From positions 1 through 64,000 of the forward strand of contig NIVC01002313.1 in the NCBI GenBank assembly GCA_002269645.1: a DNA stretch of 64,000 nt. The letters are read 5' to 3'. Both the position numbers and the translations under genes were made by a program. The notes beneath the pieces were generated by a model. It was given only the letters and a program-made list of their open reading frames with translations, searched no databases and had not been told where the DNA came from. Of the stretch, positions 24,791 to 37,249 are shown piece by piece. Within the stretch, counting starts at the first letter, position 1, and each line of letters starts with the position of its first letter. The stretch is from Macrostomum lignano (taxonomy: Eukaryota).

Positions 24791-25639
24791 TGGAAATGCA
24801 ATGAACAGAAAATGCACTGAAATTCCAACAGACTCAAAAAACAAAAGCCAAAACTCAAGTCATCGTGTGACCTCACCTGCCTTCCCATTCTCATTAATAT
24901 ACATCGGGATTGCTGAGCTGTCCTCTGAAATGATGGGAAGTGAAAACAAAACAAAGTGATTCGGTTTGGATTGCAAAAAACCCGAGCCAAACGCAGGGCC
25001 CAAATCCCCATTGTAAGCAGAATGCTATAAGTTTCATTTTGTCCATCAATATTTTTTTGCAGCATTTTATTGACTGTTTTGTAGCACAAAAAAATGAGAA
25101 AAAATTCATTCCATCTATCTGCTCAAATCTGTCATCTCCCCATCTGCGCCTCCCATTCCAGGCAGCAATAGAGGGGCTCTAGGGCTACAGCTTAGAACGC
25201 ATTCAGGGTGACTCATGATGCGGCTCACACGGGGTAGTTTAGGGTTTTAGGCTGGGGTAGGTTTCTTGTTACTATTATGCACTTCTAGAAACCTGTGTGA
25301 ATTCATATTTAGTCAGTACACCTGGAATGCTTCTCTCTCCCCCTCTCCCCATGATATCCAGCCTCCATCCGCTCCATCTGTCTGACCTCCGTAGCCTCAA
25401 ACTCAATAAGTTTCAGCGGGTGCCGATTTTATTGCGACCCGCTGTGAGCGCCTGAGACTGCTATGAGGGGCACCGGCTCCAACGACCTTGGATTTGCGTC
25501 TTCGCCTTCGTGAGCTGATTCTGCATAGAAATGCTCTGTCTTAGTTTCCGGTCTTTGTCTCCCTCTTCTTCCCTCTCTCCTCTCATTTGTCACTTCTACC
25601 ACTTCTCTCATATCTCCCCCTCTCTCTCCGTTTCTCCCT

Positions 25640-25654
25640 CTCCACCTCTCTCAG

Positions 25655-25722
<68 letters not shown>

Positions 25723-26460
25723 TCTCCCTCTCGCCCTCTCCCTCTCTCCCCCTCTCCCTCTCTCCCCCTCTCCCTCTCTACCTCTCTCCCCTCTCCCTCT
25801 CTACCCTCTACCTCTCTACCTCTCTCCCCCTCTACCTCTCTACCTCTCTTCCCTCTCCCTCTCTACCTCTCTCCCCCTCTCCCTCTCTACCCTCTACCTC
25901 TCTACCTCTCTCCCCCTCTCCCTCTCTACCCTCTACCTCTCTACCTCTCTCCCCCTCTCCCTCTCTACCCCTCTACCTCTCTACCTCTCTCCCCCTCTCC
26001 CTCTCTACCCCTCTACCTCTCTACCTCTCTCCCCCTCTACCTCTCTACCTCTCTTCCCTCTCCCTCTCTACCTCTCTCCCCCTCTCCCTCTCTACCCCTC
26101 TACCTCTCTACCTCTCTCCCCCTCTCCCTCTCTACCCCTCTACCTCTCTACCTCTCTCCCCCTCTCCCTCTCTACCCCTCTACCTCTCTACCTCTCTCCC
26201 CCTCTACCTCTCTCCCCCTCTCCCTCTCTACCTCTCTCCCCCTCTCCCTCTTTACCTCTCTCCCTCTCTACCTCTCTCCCCCTCTCCCTCTCTACCTCTC
26301 TCCCCTCTTCCTCTCTACCTCTCTCCCTCCTCTCCCTCTCTACCTCTCTCCCCCTCCCTCTCTACCCATCTACCTCTCTACTTTCTCTACTTCCTTTCTC
26401 TACCCTCTCTTCCTTTCCCCCTCTCCCTCTCCCCTCTCTTCCCTTCTCCCCTCTCTACCT
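25640..26460. repeat. (CT)n and CT-rich polypyrimidine array
   Basis: Pure (CT)n grading into CTCTAC/CCCT units. Confidence 0.95.
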
Positions 26461-27002
26461 CTCTCATTTCGTCTCCTCCTCATATCCCTCGCATTCTGTA
26501 CAAAGTTTTGTACAAATCATGAGCTGGATTCGCGGCTCCTCAAAAAGCATAACCGACCCCCTCCTTCTCAGGGCCGCTCAGTATCCCATCCTCTGCATGT
26601 GAAATTTCCAAGTTTTCAATCCCCTCTTTTGGCTCCTTCGCGATCAGCCGCCACCCCGAATCCAGTTCTCCCGCAGCCGAAATTTCCCCGGAGGCCCCCC
26701 GCTGGGTCAGCCAGCCGTCTTCACAAATCGCAAAATTTGCACTGGAGTTTTACCCACTGCTCAGAATCCCACAGAACCGCATCACCCCCACTCGGTGTCC
26801 TCAGACTGGGCAACATGGGAACGTCTTTAACAATTCAAACTAATTTCTTGGGCCTCCCCAAAAAAAGAGTCTTAGATTCCCAAAGCCAATCACCAGGGCC
26901 TTCAGATTTCTCCTAGTGGGCTGTTTCATATTTTCCTAAAGGCTTGCATTCTTGCTATCCCAACTTTAAATTACATTGTAAATGGCACTTTAACTTTTTT
27001 AA

Positions 27003-27351
27003 ACTGGCACTTGAACCATCAAAAATGGCACTTCAACTATCAAAAATGGCACTTCAACTATCAAAAATGGCAATTCAACAATCAAAAATGGCACTTCAAC
27101 TATCAAAAATGGCAATTCAACTATCAAAAATGGCACTTCAACTATCAAAATATGGCACTTCAACTATCAAAATATGGCACTTCAACTATCAAAATATGGC
27201 ACTTTAACTATCAAAATATGGCACTTCAGCTATCAAAAATGGCACTTCAGCTATCAAAAATGGCACTTCAACTATCAAAAATGGCACTTCAACTATCAAA
27301 AATGGCACTTCAACTATCAAAAATGGCACTTCAGCTATCAAAAATGGCACT
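27003..27351. repeat. 21/22-bp minisatellite (AAAATGGCACTTCAACTATCA)
   Basis: About 16 copies starting about 27 nt past the exon-5 donor. Confidence 0.95.
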
Positions 27352-27378
27352 CTTCAAGAGTACTAGAGAGGATCTCAC

Positions 27379-27597
27379 TTTTGCACAAATCGCCTCCAGT
27401 ACAATTTCTTTGCTGCTTGCTCCCGCCAGCCAGCTCGGCAGACCATGTGGACGAGCCTTCGACGCCTTCGTCAGAGCCTCCGCTGCAGGGCCGCCCGCCG
27501 TTCCTCGGAGGCGGATTGTTGCACAGGCGCTGGCGCACCGACACGCAGTCGGCGTTGCAGATGCCCCAGCTGCTCCACTCGCCCCAGCGACCGTGCA
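27379..27597 (-). CDS. UNC5: UNC5 exon 5 (second TSP1 repeat)
   Basis: tctgcag|TG HGRWGEWSSWGICNADCVSVRQRLCNNPPPRNGGRPC...RNCTGGDLCK A|gtgag; phase 1-1. Confidence 0.93.
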
Positions 27598-27724
27598 CTG
27601 CAGAGCAGGGGGGTGGGGAGCGTGAGAGTGTGAGAATTCGCTGCGCTTGTTGCCTTGCTACTTGCATCTCGCTCTGCATCTGATAGATCTCACTACCGCA
27701 ATAATCTCCTCCATGTAGGTCTCT

Positions 27725-28290
27725 CCCTGCATCCTTCTCCTCCCTTCGTGTGGCTACCTGTATCTCGCTCCCTTCAACTCCCTCCCTACATCTTTCCTTC
27801 TTGAATCTCCCTCCCTACATCTTCCCTCCCTTCATCTCCCCTCCCTGCATCTCCCCTCCCTGCATCTCTCCTCCCTGCATCTCTCCCCCTTTCATCTCCC
27901 CTCCCTGCATCTCCCCTCCCTGCATCTCCCCTCCCTGCATCTCCCTCCCTTCATCTCCCCTCCCTGCATCTCCCCTCCCTGCATCTCTCCTCCCTGCATC
28001 TCTCCCCCTTTCATCTCCCCTCCCTGCATCTCTCCCCCTTTCATCTCCCCTCCCTGCATCTCCCCTCCCTGCATCTCCCCTCCCTGCATCTCCCCTGCCT
28101 GCATCTCCCTCCCTTCATCTCCCCTCCCTGCATCTCCCCTCCCTGCATCTCCCCTCCCTGCATCTCTCCTCCCTGCATCTCTCCTCCCTGCATCTCCCCT
28201 CCCTGCGTCTCCCCTCCTTTCATCTCCCCTCACTGCATTTCCCCTCCCTGCATCTCGCTCCCTTCATCTTCTCTTCCTGCATCTCCTCCT
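27725..28290. repeat. 15-bp array (CATCTCCCCTCCCTG)
   Basis: Tandem copies in UNC5 intron 4. Confidence 0.9.
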
Positions 28291-28994
28291 GCATCTCCAG
28301 TGCATGAACCCTCTTCAAATCTCTCTCACTGAATCTCCCTTGAGAGCAAGAGGAAAGGCTGACAGCCTCAAGGAGGGGGGGGTCTCCCCGGGTTGATAAA
28401 CAGACAAATTTCTCTCGTATTGAAAGCAGCAGAAAAATCGCGCACGCTACTTCAAACTGTTTACGCTTCAATAAAGAGTATTTTTCTGCTTCTAGCAGAA
28501 ACTGCATTTAGCAGCAGAAGAAGAGATTCTGTCCTCGGCTGGGCGGTGAATGAGTGAAAAAGTGCAGCAATTGTCAACGTGCACAGAGAGGCCGGGACCG
28601 ACTTCTTTGAGTCAAAGATACCTATTGAGCCCCTCAAAGCCGGCATCCTGCGCTCCACCAAGCACTCAAACAAATTCACAGCCACTCGAGTATCTCCGGA
28701 ACAGAATTAAATCCATTTGATTTGCATTTTTAACTAGCCAATGCTTTCTTGAGTGCCCCCCCCCTGAGAGATGCAAATTCATTTGTATAGCGAGTAGCTT
28801 ACAGTCAGAATAGACTTTTTGCTTAATTCTATCTTTGTTTCTTTATTGAACTCAATCAATGAATTTGAGGCCCGCTTATCCACTGCAGAAAGTCTACTCT
28901 TTCCAATTGATTGATTTTTTTATTTACAGTTTTACTCTGCAGGGGGCATCACGCGAGTCAAGGTTTTATCCTTGCCTGATCATCCAGGATACAT

Positions 28995-29525
28995 TCCCAC
29001 CCTGCATCTAGCTGTCCCTTCACCTCCCACCCTGCATCTATCTATATGTCCCTTCATCTCCCACCCTGCATCTAGCTGTCCCTTCATCTCCCACCCTGCA
29101 TCTATCTATATGTCCCTTCATCTCCCACCCTGCATCTAGCTGTCCCTTCATCTCTGACCCTGCATCTAGCTGTCCCTTCATCTCCGACCCTGCATCTAGC
29201 TGTCCCTTCACCTCCCACCCTGCATCTATATGTCCCTTCACCTCCCACCCTGCATCTAGCTGTCCCTTCATCTCCCACCTGCATCTATATGTCCCTTCAC
29301 CTCCCACCCTGCATCTAGCTGTCCCTTCATCTCCCACCCTGCATCTATATGTCCCTTCATCTCCGACCCTGCATCTAGCTGTCCCTTCACCTCCCACCCT
29401 GCATCGAGCTGTCCCTTCACCTCCCACCCTGCATCTATATGTCCCTTCACCTTCCACCCTGCATCTAGCTGTCCCTGCATCTCCAAAACTGCATCTAGAT
29501 GTACCTTCATCTCTCACCCTGCATC
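28995..29525. repeat. 30-bp minisatellite (CCCTTCATCTCCCACCCTGCATCTAGCTGT)
   Basis: About 17 copies starting about 10 nt past the exon-4 donor. Confidence 0.95.
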
Positions 29526-29537
29526 CCTCCGACTCAC

Positions 29538-29759
29538 CGGTGCACCTGCTGCTGCAGTCCTCTGCTTGACTCCGCTCTCCCTCGCAGGGCTTGCCGCCCA
29601 GCTTTGGCTCCGGACTGTCGCAGTACCTCAGCCTTGAGCGGCGCTGGCTGAAGCAGATCTCCGGGCAGCTGACGGCTTCGGAGGATGGCGCCGTTGTGTC
29701 CATCTGGCAGCCGGGGTCGCAGCCGCTCCAGGCGGACCAGGAAGACCAGCCTCCGTTCA
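29538..29759 (-). CDS. UNC5: UNC5 exon 4 (first TSP1 repeat)
   Basis: aacccag|TG NGGWSSWSAWSGC...RSRLRYCDSPEPKLGGKPCEG...CSSRCT G|gtgag; phase 1-1. Confidence 0.93.
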
Positions 29760-29820
29760 CTGGGTTGAGGCAGGAGTTCGGTGTGTAATAGGATTTTTGT
29801 GCTTGGTTTCTGTATGCCGC

Positions 29821-30800
29821 TGGCCTCCCAGATCCGTAGATGCTGGACCAGCCTCCCAGATCCCCAGTTGCTGAGCCAGCCACCCAGATCCTCAGTTGCT
29901 GGGCCAGCCTCTCAGATCCCCAGTTGCTGAGCCAGCCACCCAGATCCTCAGTTGCTGGGCCAGCCTCTCAGATCCCCAGTTGCTAAGCCAGCCTCCCAGA
30001 TCCTCAGTTGCTGGGCCAGCCTCTCAGATCCCCAGTTGCTAAGCCAGCCTCCCAGATCCACAGTTGCTGGGCCAGCCTCCCAGATCCGCAGTTGCTGGGC
30101 CAGCCTCCCAGATCCGCAGTTGCTGGGCCAGCCTCCCAGATCCGCAGTTGCTGGGCCAGCCTCCCAGATCCTCAGTTGCTGGGCCAGCCTCTCAGATCCC
30201 CAGTTGCTGAGCCAGCCACCCAGATCCTCAGTTGCTGGGCCAGCCTCTCAGATCCCCAGTTGCTAAGCCAGCCTCCCAGATCCTCAGTTGCTGGGCCAGC
30301 CTCTCAGATCCCCAGTTGCTAAGCCAGCCTCCCAGATCCTCAGTTGCTGGGCCAGCCTCCCAGATCCGCAGTTGCTGGGCCAGCCTCCCAGATCCGCAGT
30401 TGCTGGGCCGGCCTCCCAGATCCGCAGTTGCTGGGTCAGCCTCCCAGATCCGCAGTTGCTGGGCCAGCCTCCCAGATCCGCAGTTGCTGGGCCAGCCTCT
30501 CAGATCCGCAGTTGCTGGGCCAGCCTCCCAGATCCCCAGTTGCTGGGTCAGCCTCCCAGATCCTCAGCTGCTGGGCCAGCCTCTCACATCCTCAGTTGCT
30601 GAGCCAGCCTCCCAGATCCTAAGTTGCTGGGCCAGCCTCCCAGATCCTCAGTTGCTGGGCCAGCCTCTCACATCCTCAGTTGCTGAGCCAGCCTCCCAGA
30701 TCCTCAGTTGCTGGGCCAGCCTCCCAGATCCGCAGTTGCTGGGCCAGCCTCCCAGATCCCCAGTTGCTGGGCCAGCCTCCCAGATCCCCAGCTGCTGGGC
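29821..30800. repeat. Second array of the 28-bp GCTGGGCCAGCCTCCCAGATC satellite
   Basis: About 35 copies; same family and same + orientation as 5242-7090. Confidence 0.97.
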
Positions 30801-31309
30801 CAAAGTCTGTACTGTTTTATAATCTGCATACAGATGATGGGCCGAATTTTAGCTGGGTCGAACTTCAGAAATTGATGAAGAAATAAAGAAAAATGGAAGA
30901 GGGAAGACGGCCTGACCGGCGCCACCCCAGCCCTCACGCCTGAGCTGCTTGGGTGCAAATTTGCTCAATGATTGATACTGGCCAGCCTGCACCGCGGTCC
31001 TGACGGTGGCGCTGGGAATGGTGTAAGGGCTGGGGCCAGCCGAACTCTCGATATATTGAAATATAAATTCGGAAGGGAAATTAATTCATACGGCCCCGCA
31101 GTGTGCGGCTCGGTCAACCGCCACAGATTTTTCTTAGAAGCAGAAATCCAAGAGGCGAGAGAGAGAGGCCTTGAAGTGGAAAAATCAAGTTTATTGGCCG
31201 ATGAGGCCTCTGAGGGCTGAAACTCTTCTAGGCGGGAAAGTGAACTGCGGTTTGTTTTGCTTTCTAATGACATCTTTCTGAATATCTGTTCGCATCTTTT
31301 AATAGCCGT

Positions 31310-31552
31310 TTTGTATCTTTCTGTATCTTTCTGTATCTTTCTGTTTCATTCTGCATCTTTCTGTATCATTCTGTATCATTCTGTGTCATTCTGTATCTTT
31401 CTGTATCTTTCTGTATCTTTCTGTATCTTTCTGTATCTTTCTGTATCATTCTGTATCCTTCTGTATCTTTCTGTTTCATTCTGTATCATTCTGTATCTTT
31501 CTGTATCTTTCTGTATCTTTCTGAATCTTTCTGAATCTTTCTGTATCTTTCT
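31310..31552. repeat. 10-bp repeat (TTCTGTATCT)
   Basis: About 24 copies. Confidence 0.92.
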
Positions 31553-32317
31553 ACACCGTTTCATCGAACTTTTCTTTCGCATCCGTACCTATTCCACCCC
31601 TACATGATAGTATACAAAACCATCTGTTTACAACCTAAACAGAAGTGGAGGATGAAATGTCCCAAACAAAGTACTTCTCTCAATCCCCCCTCCCCTCGTC
31701 GATTCGGATCTTCCCACCACTGCGCTCTGCCGTGCTGTTCAGATCGCGAATTTTGCCGGTCTCCTGCCGGTTGAACAAATCCTCAAAAGTCTTAAGTCAC
31801 TTTCAGAGAGACTTCCAAAGAAAGAAAAATCTAAGCATTCAGCAGCCCTTGAATCCTTCATCATCTTCAGCGTTCGTTAGTTCCACTGCGCGTGTGTGTG
31901 TGTTTTGAATTGCGGCCGAGCTAGAAAATATGCCGGCCCCCAAGTCCCAGAGATGGCACGGGGAGATTATCCTTGCTCCTGAAAAATCCCCCCAGCCTCT
32001 AATCCCCCAGAAAGTTGTCTGCCTCTACCTGGCCGGCAACTGCTGCCCCCCTTTATACCCTTAAGTCGCCCTCTCCGGGGCTTTGGGGATTAGCCGGGCC
32101 AGAGGGGGGGTGAAAGCTAAAAAATAATTATTTACAGTCGGATTGAAGTTGACAGAGTGGACTGGGGTTAGAGGCGCTGCAGATCTGGGCAATACACGAT
32201 ATGTATCGAAAGTGTTGGTGTTTTCTTTGTTCTGGTTTGTACAATAGCGAGAGTCTGTGTGGTTCCACTTCCCAATGGATTCGTGTTAAAAGTAGATATA
32301 AATAGTGGGGAAGGGTT

Positions 32318-33812
32318 CGAGATGAAGGGATCGAAGTGGCGCAGGGTCGGAGATGAAGGGATCAAAGTGACACCAGGGTCGGAGATGAAGGGATCGAAGT
32401 GGCGCAGGGTCGGAGATGAAGGGATCGAAGTGGCGCAGGGTCGGAGATGAAGGGATCGAAGTGGCACCAGGGTCGGAGATGAAGGGATCGAAGTGACACC
32501 AGGGTCGGAGATGAAGGGATCGAAGTGACACCAGGGTCGGAGATGAAGGGATCGAAGTGACACCAGGGTCGGAGATGAAGGGATCGAAGTGACACAGGGG
32601 CGGAGATGAAGGGATCGAAGTGACACCAGGGTCGGAGATGAAGGGATCAAAGTGACGCAGGGTCGGAGATGAAGGGATCAAAGTGACACCAGGGTCGGAG
32701 ATGAAGGGATCAAAGTGACGCAGGGGCGGAGATGAAGGGATCAAAGTGACACCAGGGTCGGAGATGAAGGGATCAAAGTGACGCAGGGGCGGAGATGAAG
32801 GGATCAAAGTGACGCAGGGTCGGAGATGAAGGGATCAAAGTGACACCAGGGTCGGAGATGAAGGGATCAAAGTGACGCAGGGGCGGAGATGAAGGGATCA
32901 AAGTGACACCAGGGTCGGAGATGAAGGGATCAAAGTGACGCAGGGGCGGAGATGAAGGGATCGAAGTGACGCAGGGGCGGAGATGAAGGGATCAAAGTGA
33001 CACCAGGGTCGGAGATGAAGGGATCGAAGTGACACCAGGGTCGGAGATGAAGGGATCGAAGTGACACCAGGGTCGGAGATGAAGGGATCGAAGTGACACC
33101 AGGGTCGGAGATGAAGGAATCATAGTGACACCAGGGTCGGAGATGAAGGGATCGAAGTGACGCAGGGTCGGAGATGAAGGGATCGAAGTGACACCAGGGT
33201 CGGAGATGAAGGGATCAAAGTGACACCAGGGTCGGAGATGAAGGGATCGAAGTGACACAGGGGCGGAGATGAAGGGATCGAAGTGACACCAGGGTCGGAG
33301 ATGAAGGGATCAAAGTGACGCAGGGTCGGAGATGAAGGGATCAAAGTGACACCAGGGTCGGAGATGAAGGGATCAAAGTGACGCAGGGGCGGAGATGAAG
33401 GGATCAAAGTGACACCAGGGTCGGAGATGAAGGGATCAAAGTGACGCAGGGGCGGAGATGAAGGGATCAAAGTGACGCAGGGTCGGAGATGAAGGGATCA
33501 AAGTGACACCAGGGTCGGAGATGAAGGGATCAAAGTGACGCAGGGGCGGAGATGAAGGGATCAAAGTGACACCAGGGTCGGAGATGAAGGGATCAAAGTG
33601 ACGCAGGGGCGGAGATGAAGGGATCGAAGTGACGCAGGGGCGGAGATGAAGGGATCAAAGTGACACCAGGGTCGGAGATGAAGGGATCGAAGTGACACCA
33701 GGGTCGGAGATGAAGGGATCGAAGTGACACCAGGGTCGGAGATGAAGGGATCGAAGTGACACCAGGGTCGGAGATGAAGGGATCGAAGTGACACCAGGGT
33801 CGGAGATGAAGG
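32318..33812. repeat. 31/32-bp satellite (GGAGATGAAGGGATCGAAGTGACACCAGGGTC)
   Basis: About 47 copies. Confidence 0.97.
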
Positions 33813-34000
33813 GAAATCGATCCTTAGACAAGACTCTATGAAGGCCATCAGTTCCGTCTCATTCATCAGATTTCAGCAAGGAAATTCCACGACTTTGGTG
33901 GCCTGCGACAGAAGTTTCTCTTCAGAAGCAACGGGCATCGGCAATTTGTCATCCGGGGCCGGAGGGCCAGGAAATGTTTTCTTTCATCCGCGCTGCAACC
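33812..34000 (-). pseudogene. Possible decayed hAT transposase C-terminal dimerisation fragment
   Basis: G*KKTFPG...LPMPVASEEKLLSQATKVVEFPC*NLMNETELMAFIES resembles the hAT dimerisation motif; two stops; by-eye similarity only. Confidence 0.3.
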
Positions 34001-34379
34001 TTTGTCTGGTCTTGGCTGTTCCAATGGCTATTGCTTCTTGTAAAATCATAAAGTGGTCAACAACAATGTCTCCTTCTGGCGAAAGCGAAAAGAAAATCCA
34101 AATAGAATTCTTTCTTTCCTCTTCTAGGGGGAGGCGAGCAGCTGTTGCAGAATCCAGAAGATATTTATCATTTCCCCGTAAGAGAATTCTTTTCAAATGA
34201 CCATTTAAGAGAGGCAAGGCCTGTTCTTAATATGTCTGTAGGTTTTCATTGCCAAAGAAAATTTTTTTGCTTTGGAATTTTATTGGGATGCGATAATTTC
34301 TGGGTTAATGTTTGTTAAAGCAGCGTTTTATTCTGGAATGAAACAGATGCAGCTGTTCGATTGAAACTGTGCTGCATCA

Positions 34380-35760
34380 TCCTTATCTCATCTCATCTCT
34401 CATCTCATCTCTCATCTAATCTCTCATCTCATCTCTCATCTCATCTTATCTCTATCTATCTCCCTGAATCTCATCTTTATCTAGCTCCCTACATATAATC
34501 TCTATCTAGCTCCCTGCATCTCATCTCATTCCAGCTCCTTGCATCTCATCCCTATCTAGCTCCCTGCATCTCATCTCTATCTATCTCCCTGCATCTCATC
34601 CCTATCTAGCTCCCTGCATCTCATCTCTATCTAGCTCCCTGCATCTCATCTCATTCCAGCTCCTTGCATCTCATCCCTATCTAGCTCCCTGCATCTCATC
34701 TCTATCTCCCTGCATCTCATCTCTATCTATCTCCCTGCAGCTCATCTCTCATCTCATCTCTCATCTCATCTCATCTCTATCTAGCTCCCTGTATCTAATC
34801 TTTATCTAGCTCCCTGCATCTCATCTCTATCTAGCTACCTGCATCTCATCTCTATCTAGCTCCCTGCATCTCATCTCATTCCAGCTCCTTGCATCTCATC
34901 CCTATCTAGCTCCCTGCATCTCATCTCTATCTATCTCCCTGCATCTCATCCCTATCTAGCTACCTGCATCTCATCTCTATCTCCCTGCATCTCATCTCTA
35001 TCTATCTCCCTGCATCTCATCTCTATCTATCTCCCTGCATCTCATCTCTCATCTCATCTCTCATCTCATCTCATCTCTATCTATCTCCCTGAATCTCATC
35101 TTTATCTAGCTCCCTACATATAATCTATATCTAGCTCCCTGCATCTCATCTCATTCCAGCTCCCTGCATCTCATCTCTATCTAGCTCCCTGCATCTCATC
35201 TCATTCCAGCTCCTTGCATCTCATCCCTATCTAGCTCCCTGCATCTCATCTCTATCTATCTCCCTGCATCTCATCCCTATCTAGCTCCCTGCATCTCATC
35301 TCTATCTATCTCCCTGCATCTCATCTCTATCTAAGCTCTCTGCATCTCATCTCTATCTAAGCTCCCTGCATCTCATCTCATTCCAGATCCTTGCATCTCA
35401 TCCCTATCTAGCTCCCTGCATCTCATCTCTATCTATCTCCCTGCATCTCATCCCTATCTAGCTCCCTGCATCTCATCTCTATCTATCTCCCTGCATCTCA
35501 TCTCTATCTAAGCTCCCTGCATCTCATCTCATTCCAGATCCTTGCATCTCATCCCTATCTAGCTCCCTGCATCTCATCCCTATCTATCTCCCAGCATCTC
35601 ATCTCTATCTAGCTCCCTGCATGTAATCTCTATTTAGCTCCCTGCATCCCATCTCTATCTAAGCTCCCTGCATCTCATCTGATTCCAGCTCCTTGCATCT
35701 CATCCCTATCTAGCTCCCTGCATCTCATCTCTATCCAGATCCCTACATCTTGATCCCTAC
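34380..35760. repeat. About 25-bp satellite (CCCTGCATCTCATCTCTATCTAGCT)
   Basis: Starts about 50 nt past the exon-3 donor. Confidence 0.93.
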
Positions 35761-35812
35761 CTACTTCCATGCATCTCACCTTTCCACCGTTCCTATCCCC
35801 CCCCCAACTCAC

Positions 35813-35999
35813 CGTGGATAATCAGACTGGCCGATTTGGACCGGACCTTCACGCCCAGAATCTCGGCCACGCAGCTGTAGTTGCCGGCATCCTCCAGCCT
35901 CAGCGGTCGGATGATGAGCTGGCCCTGGTGATCCACGGTGAATCGAGCGCCGTCTGGTTCAGTCAGGTTCAACGGATGGCCGTTCTTGAGCCAGCTCAC
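35813..35999 (-). CDS. UNC5: UNC5 exon 3 (Ig2, second half)
   Basis: gccgccag|VSWLKNG...LIIRPLRLEDAGNYSCVAE...RSKSASLIIH G|gtgag; Ig W and D-x-G-x-Y-x-C motifs present. Confidence 0.93.
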
Positions 36000-36119
36000 C
36001 TGGCGGCGAAATTGGTTTAAGCTGACTCTTTGTCAACTATGATCTCGTATTGCTGCATATGACTATGACAGGTCAATCATAAAAAGTAAATATGATCAAT
36101 TTGTCATAATTTTGATTAT

Positions 36120-36595
36120 CTATGACGCATTAGTCATAATATTGATTGTCTATGACCAATTAGTCAAAATATTAATTGTCTGTGACCTATTATCCATAAC
36201 ACTGAATGTCTATGACCAATTATCCATAACACTGAATGTCTATGACCAATTATCCATAAGACTGAATGTCTTATGACCAATTATCTATAACACTGAATGT
36301 CTATGACCAATTATCCATAACACTGAATGTCTATGACCAACTATCCATAACACTGAATGTCTATGACCAACTATCCATAACACTGAATGTCTATGACCAA
36401 CTATCCATAACACTGAATGTCTATGACCAATTATCCATAACACTGAATGTCTATGACCAATTATCCATAAGACTGGATGTCTATGACCAATTATCCATAA
36501 CACTGAATGTCTATGACCAATTATCCGTAACACTGAATGTCTATGACCAATTATCCATAACAATGAATGTCTATGACCAATTATCCATAAGACTA
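36120..36595. repeat. 30-bp minisatellite (CTATGACCAATTATCCATAACACTGAATGT)
   Basis: About 15 copies, plus an inverted 18-bp piece at 36612-36629. Confidence 0.93.
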
Positions 36596-37249
36596 ATGAC
36601 TGGCTGTAGCAGGTCATAGACATTCAGTGATTTAGCATGACTGATCAGTCATAGAACTGTCCATGAATTATTAAATGACAAATATTAAAATGACTATAAC
36701 AAAATATCTCATCTCATGTTACTTGAAAACAACAATGATAGATAGAATTTCTCATAATCCTGTTCCTGACTAATTGTGGAACGAAGACAGAAAACTCAAA
36801 CTCAAAGAGCAACAATGAAAGATCACACAAGCAGAAAATTACCAGCAGTCACGCTAGCTCTCCCCCCCCTATTATTCTCTTTGCCATTTCTCGAATTTCT
36901 GTTACCAAGGCGAGGAAGGCGCACCTGCTGCTCTCGGTTTCGTGAGAAACTCCCTCAAACATTAAGGAATTTATGGAACAGAATTCGTGAACAGTTTTGC
37001 GCTTATACAAAATCTGATATATATCTGATCTGGCAAACGTCATTTTTCTGAAAATGCCTCCGCGAAAAATGACGGTAGCTAATGGAATTGTGGGCTCGTA
37101 AGCTCAGGTCTGATTGCTGAGGAGATAATTAACTGGCAATTATAGTATATACTCTTGGTTGGCTGCGACATTTCGTGTTGCTGGGGCTCAATTATATATT
37201 GATTAATGCTATTAAAATCAAGGCATTTTTACCTCTTTCCCATCTCCTC

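Noticed and set aside
22984-25089. 701-aa ORF and other long periodic ORFs (e.g. 25531, 40480, 47710, 51838, 55361, and those in 5282-7493)
   Set aside because: They are translations of tandem repeats. The amino-acid period matches the DNA unit, the sequence is open in several frames, and there is no domain content.
30920-31035. Imperfect inverted motifs (CCCCAGCCCT / AGGGCTGGGG)
   Set aside because: Motif order does not form a true terminal inverted repeat; no TSD.
33900-34100. Gypsy integrase-like reading (VVDHF...EAIAI)
   Set aside because: Needs frameshifts and lacks a clear D-D35-E; the hAT-like reading fits better, and both are weak.
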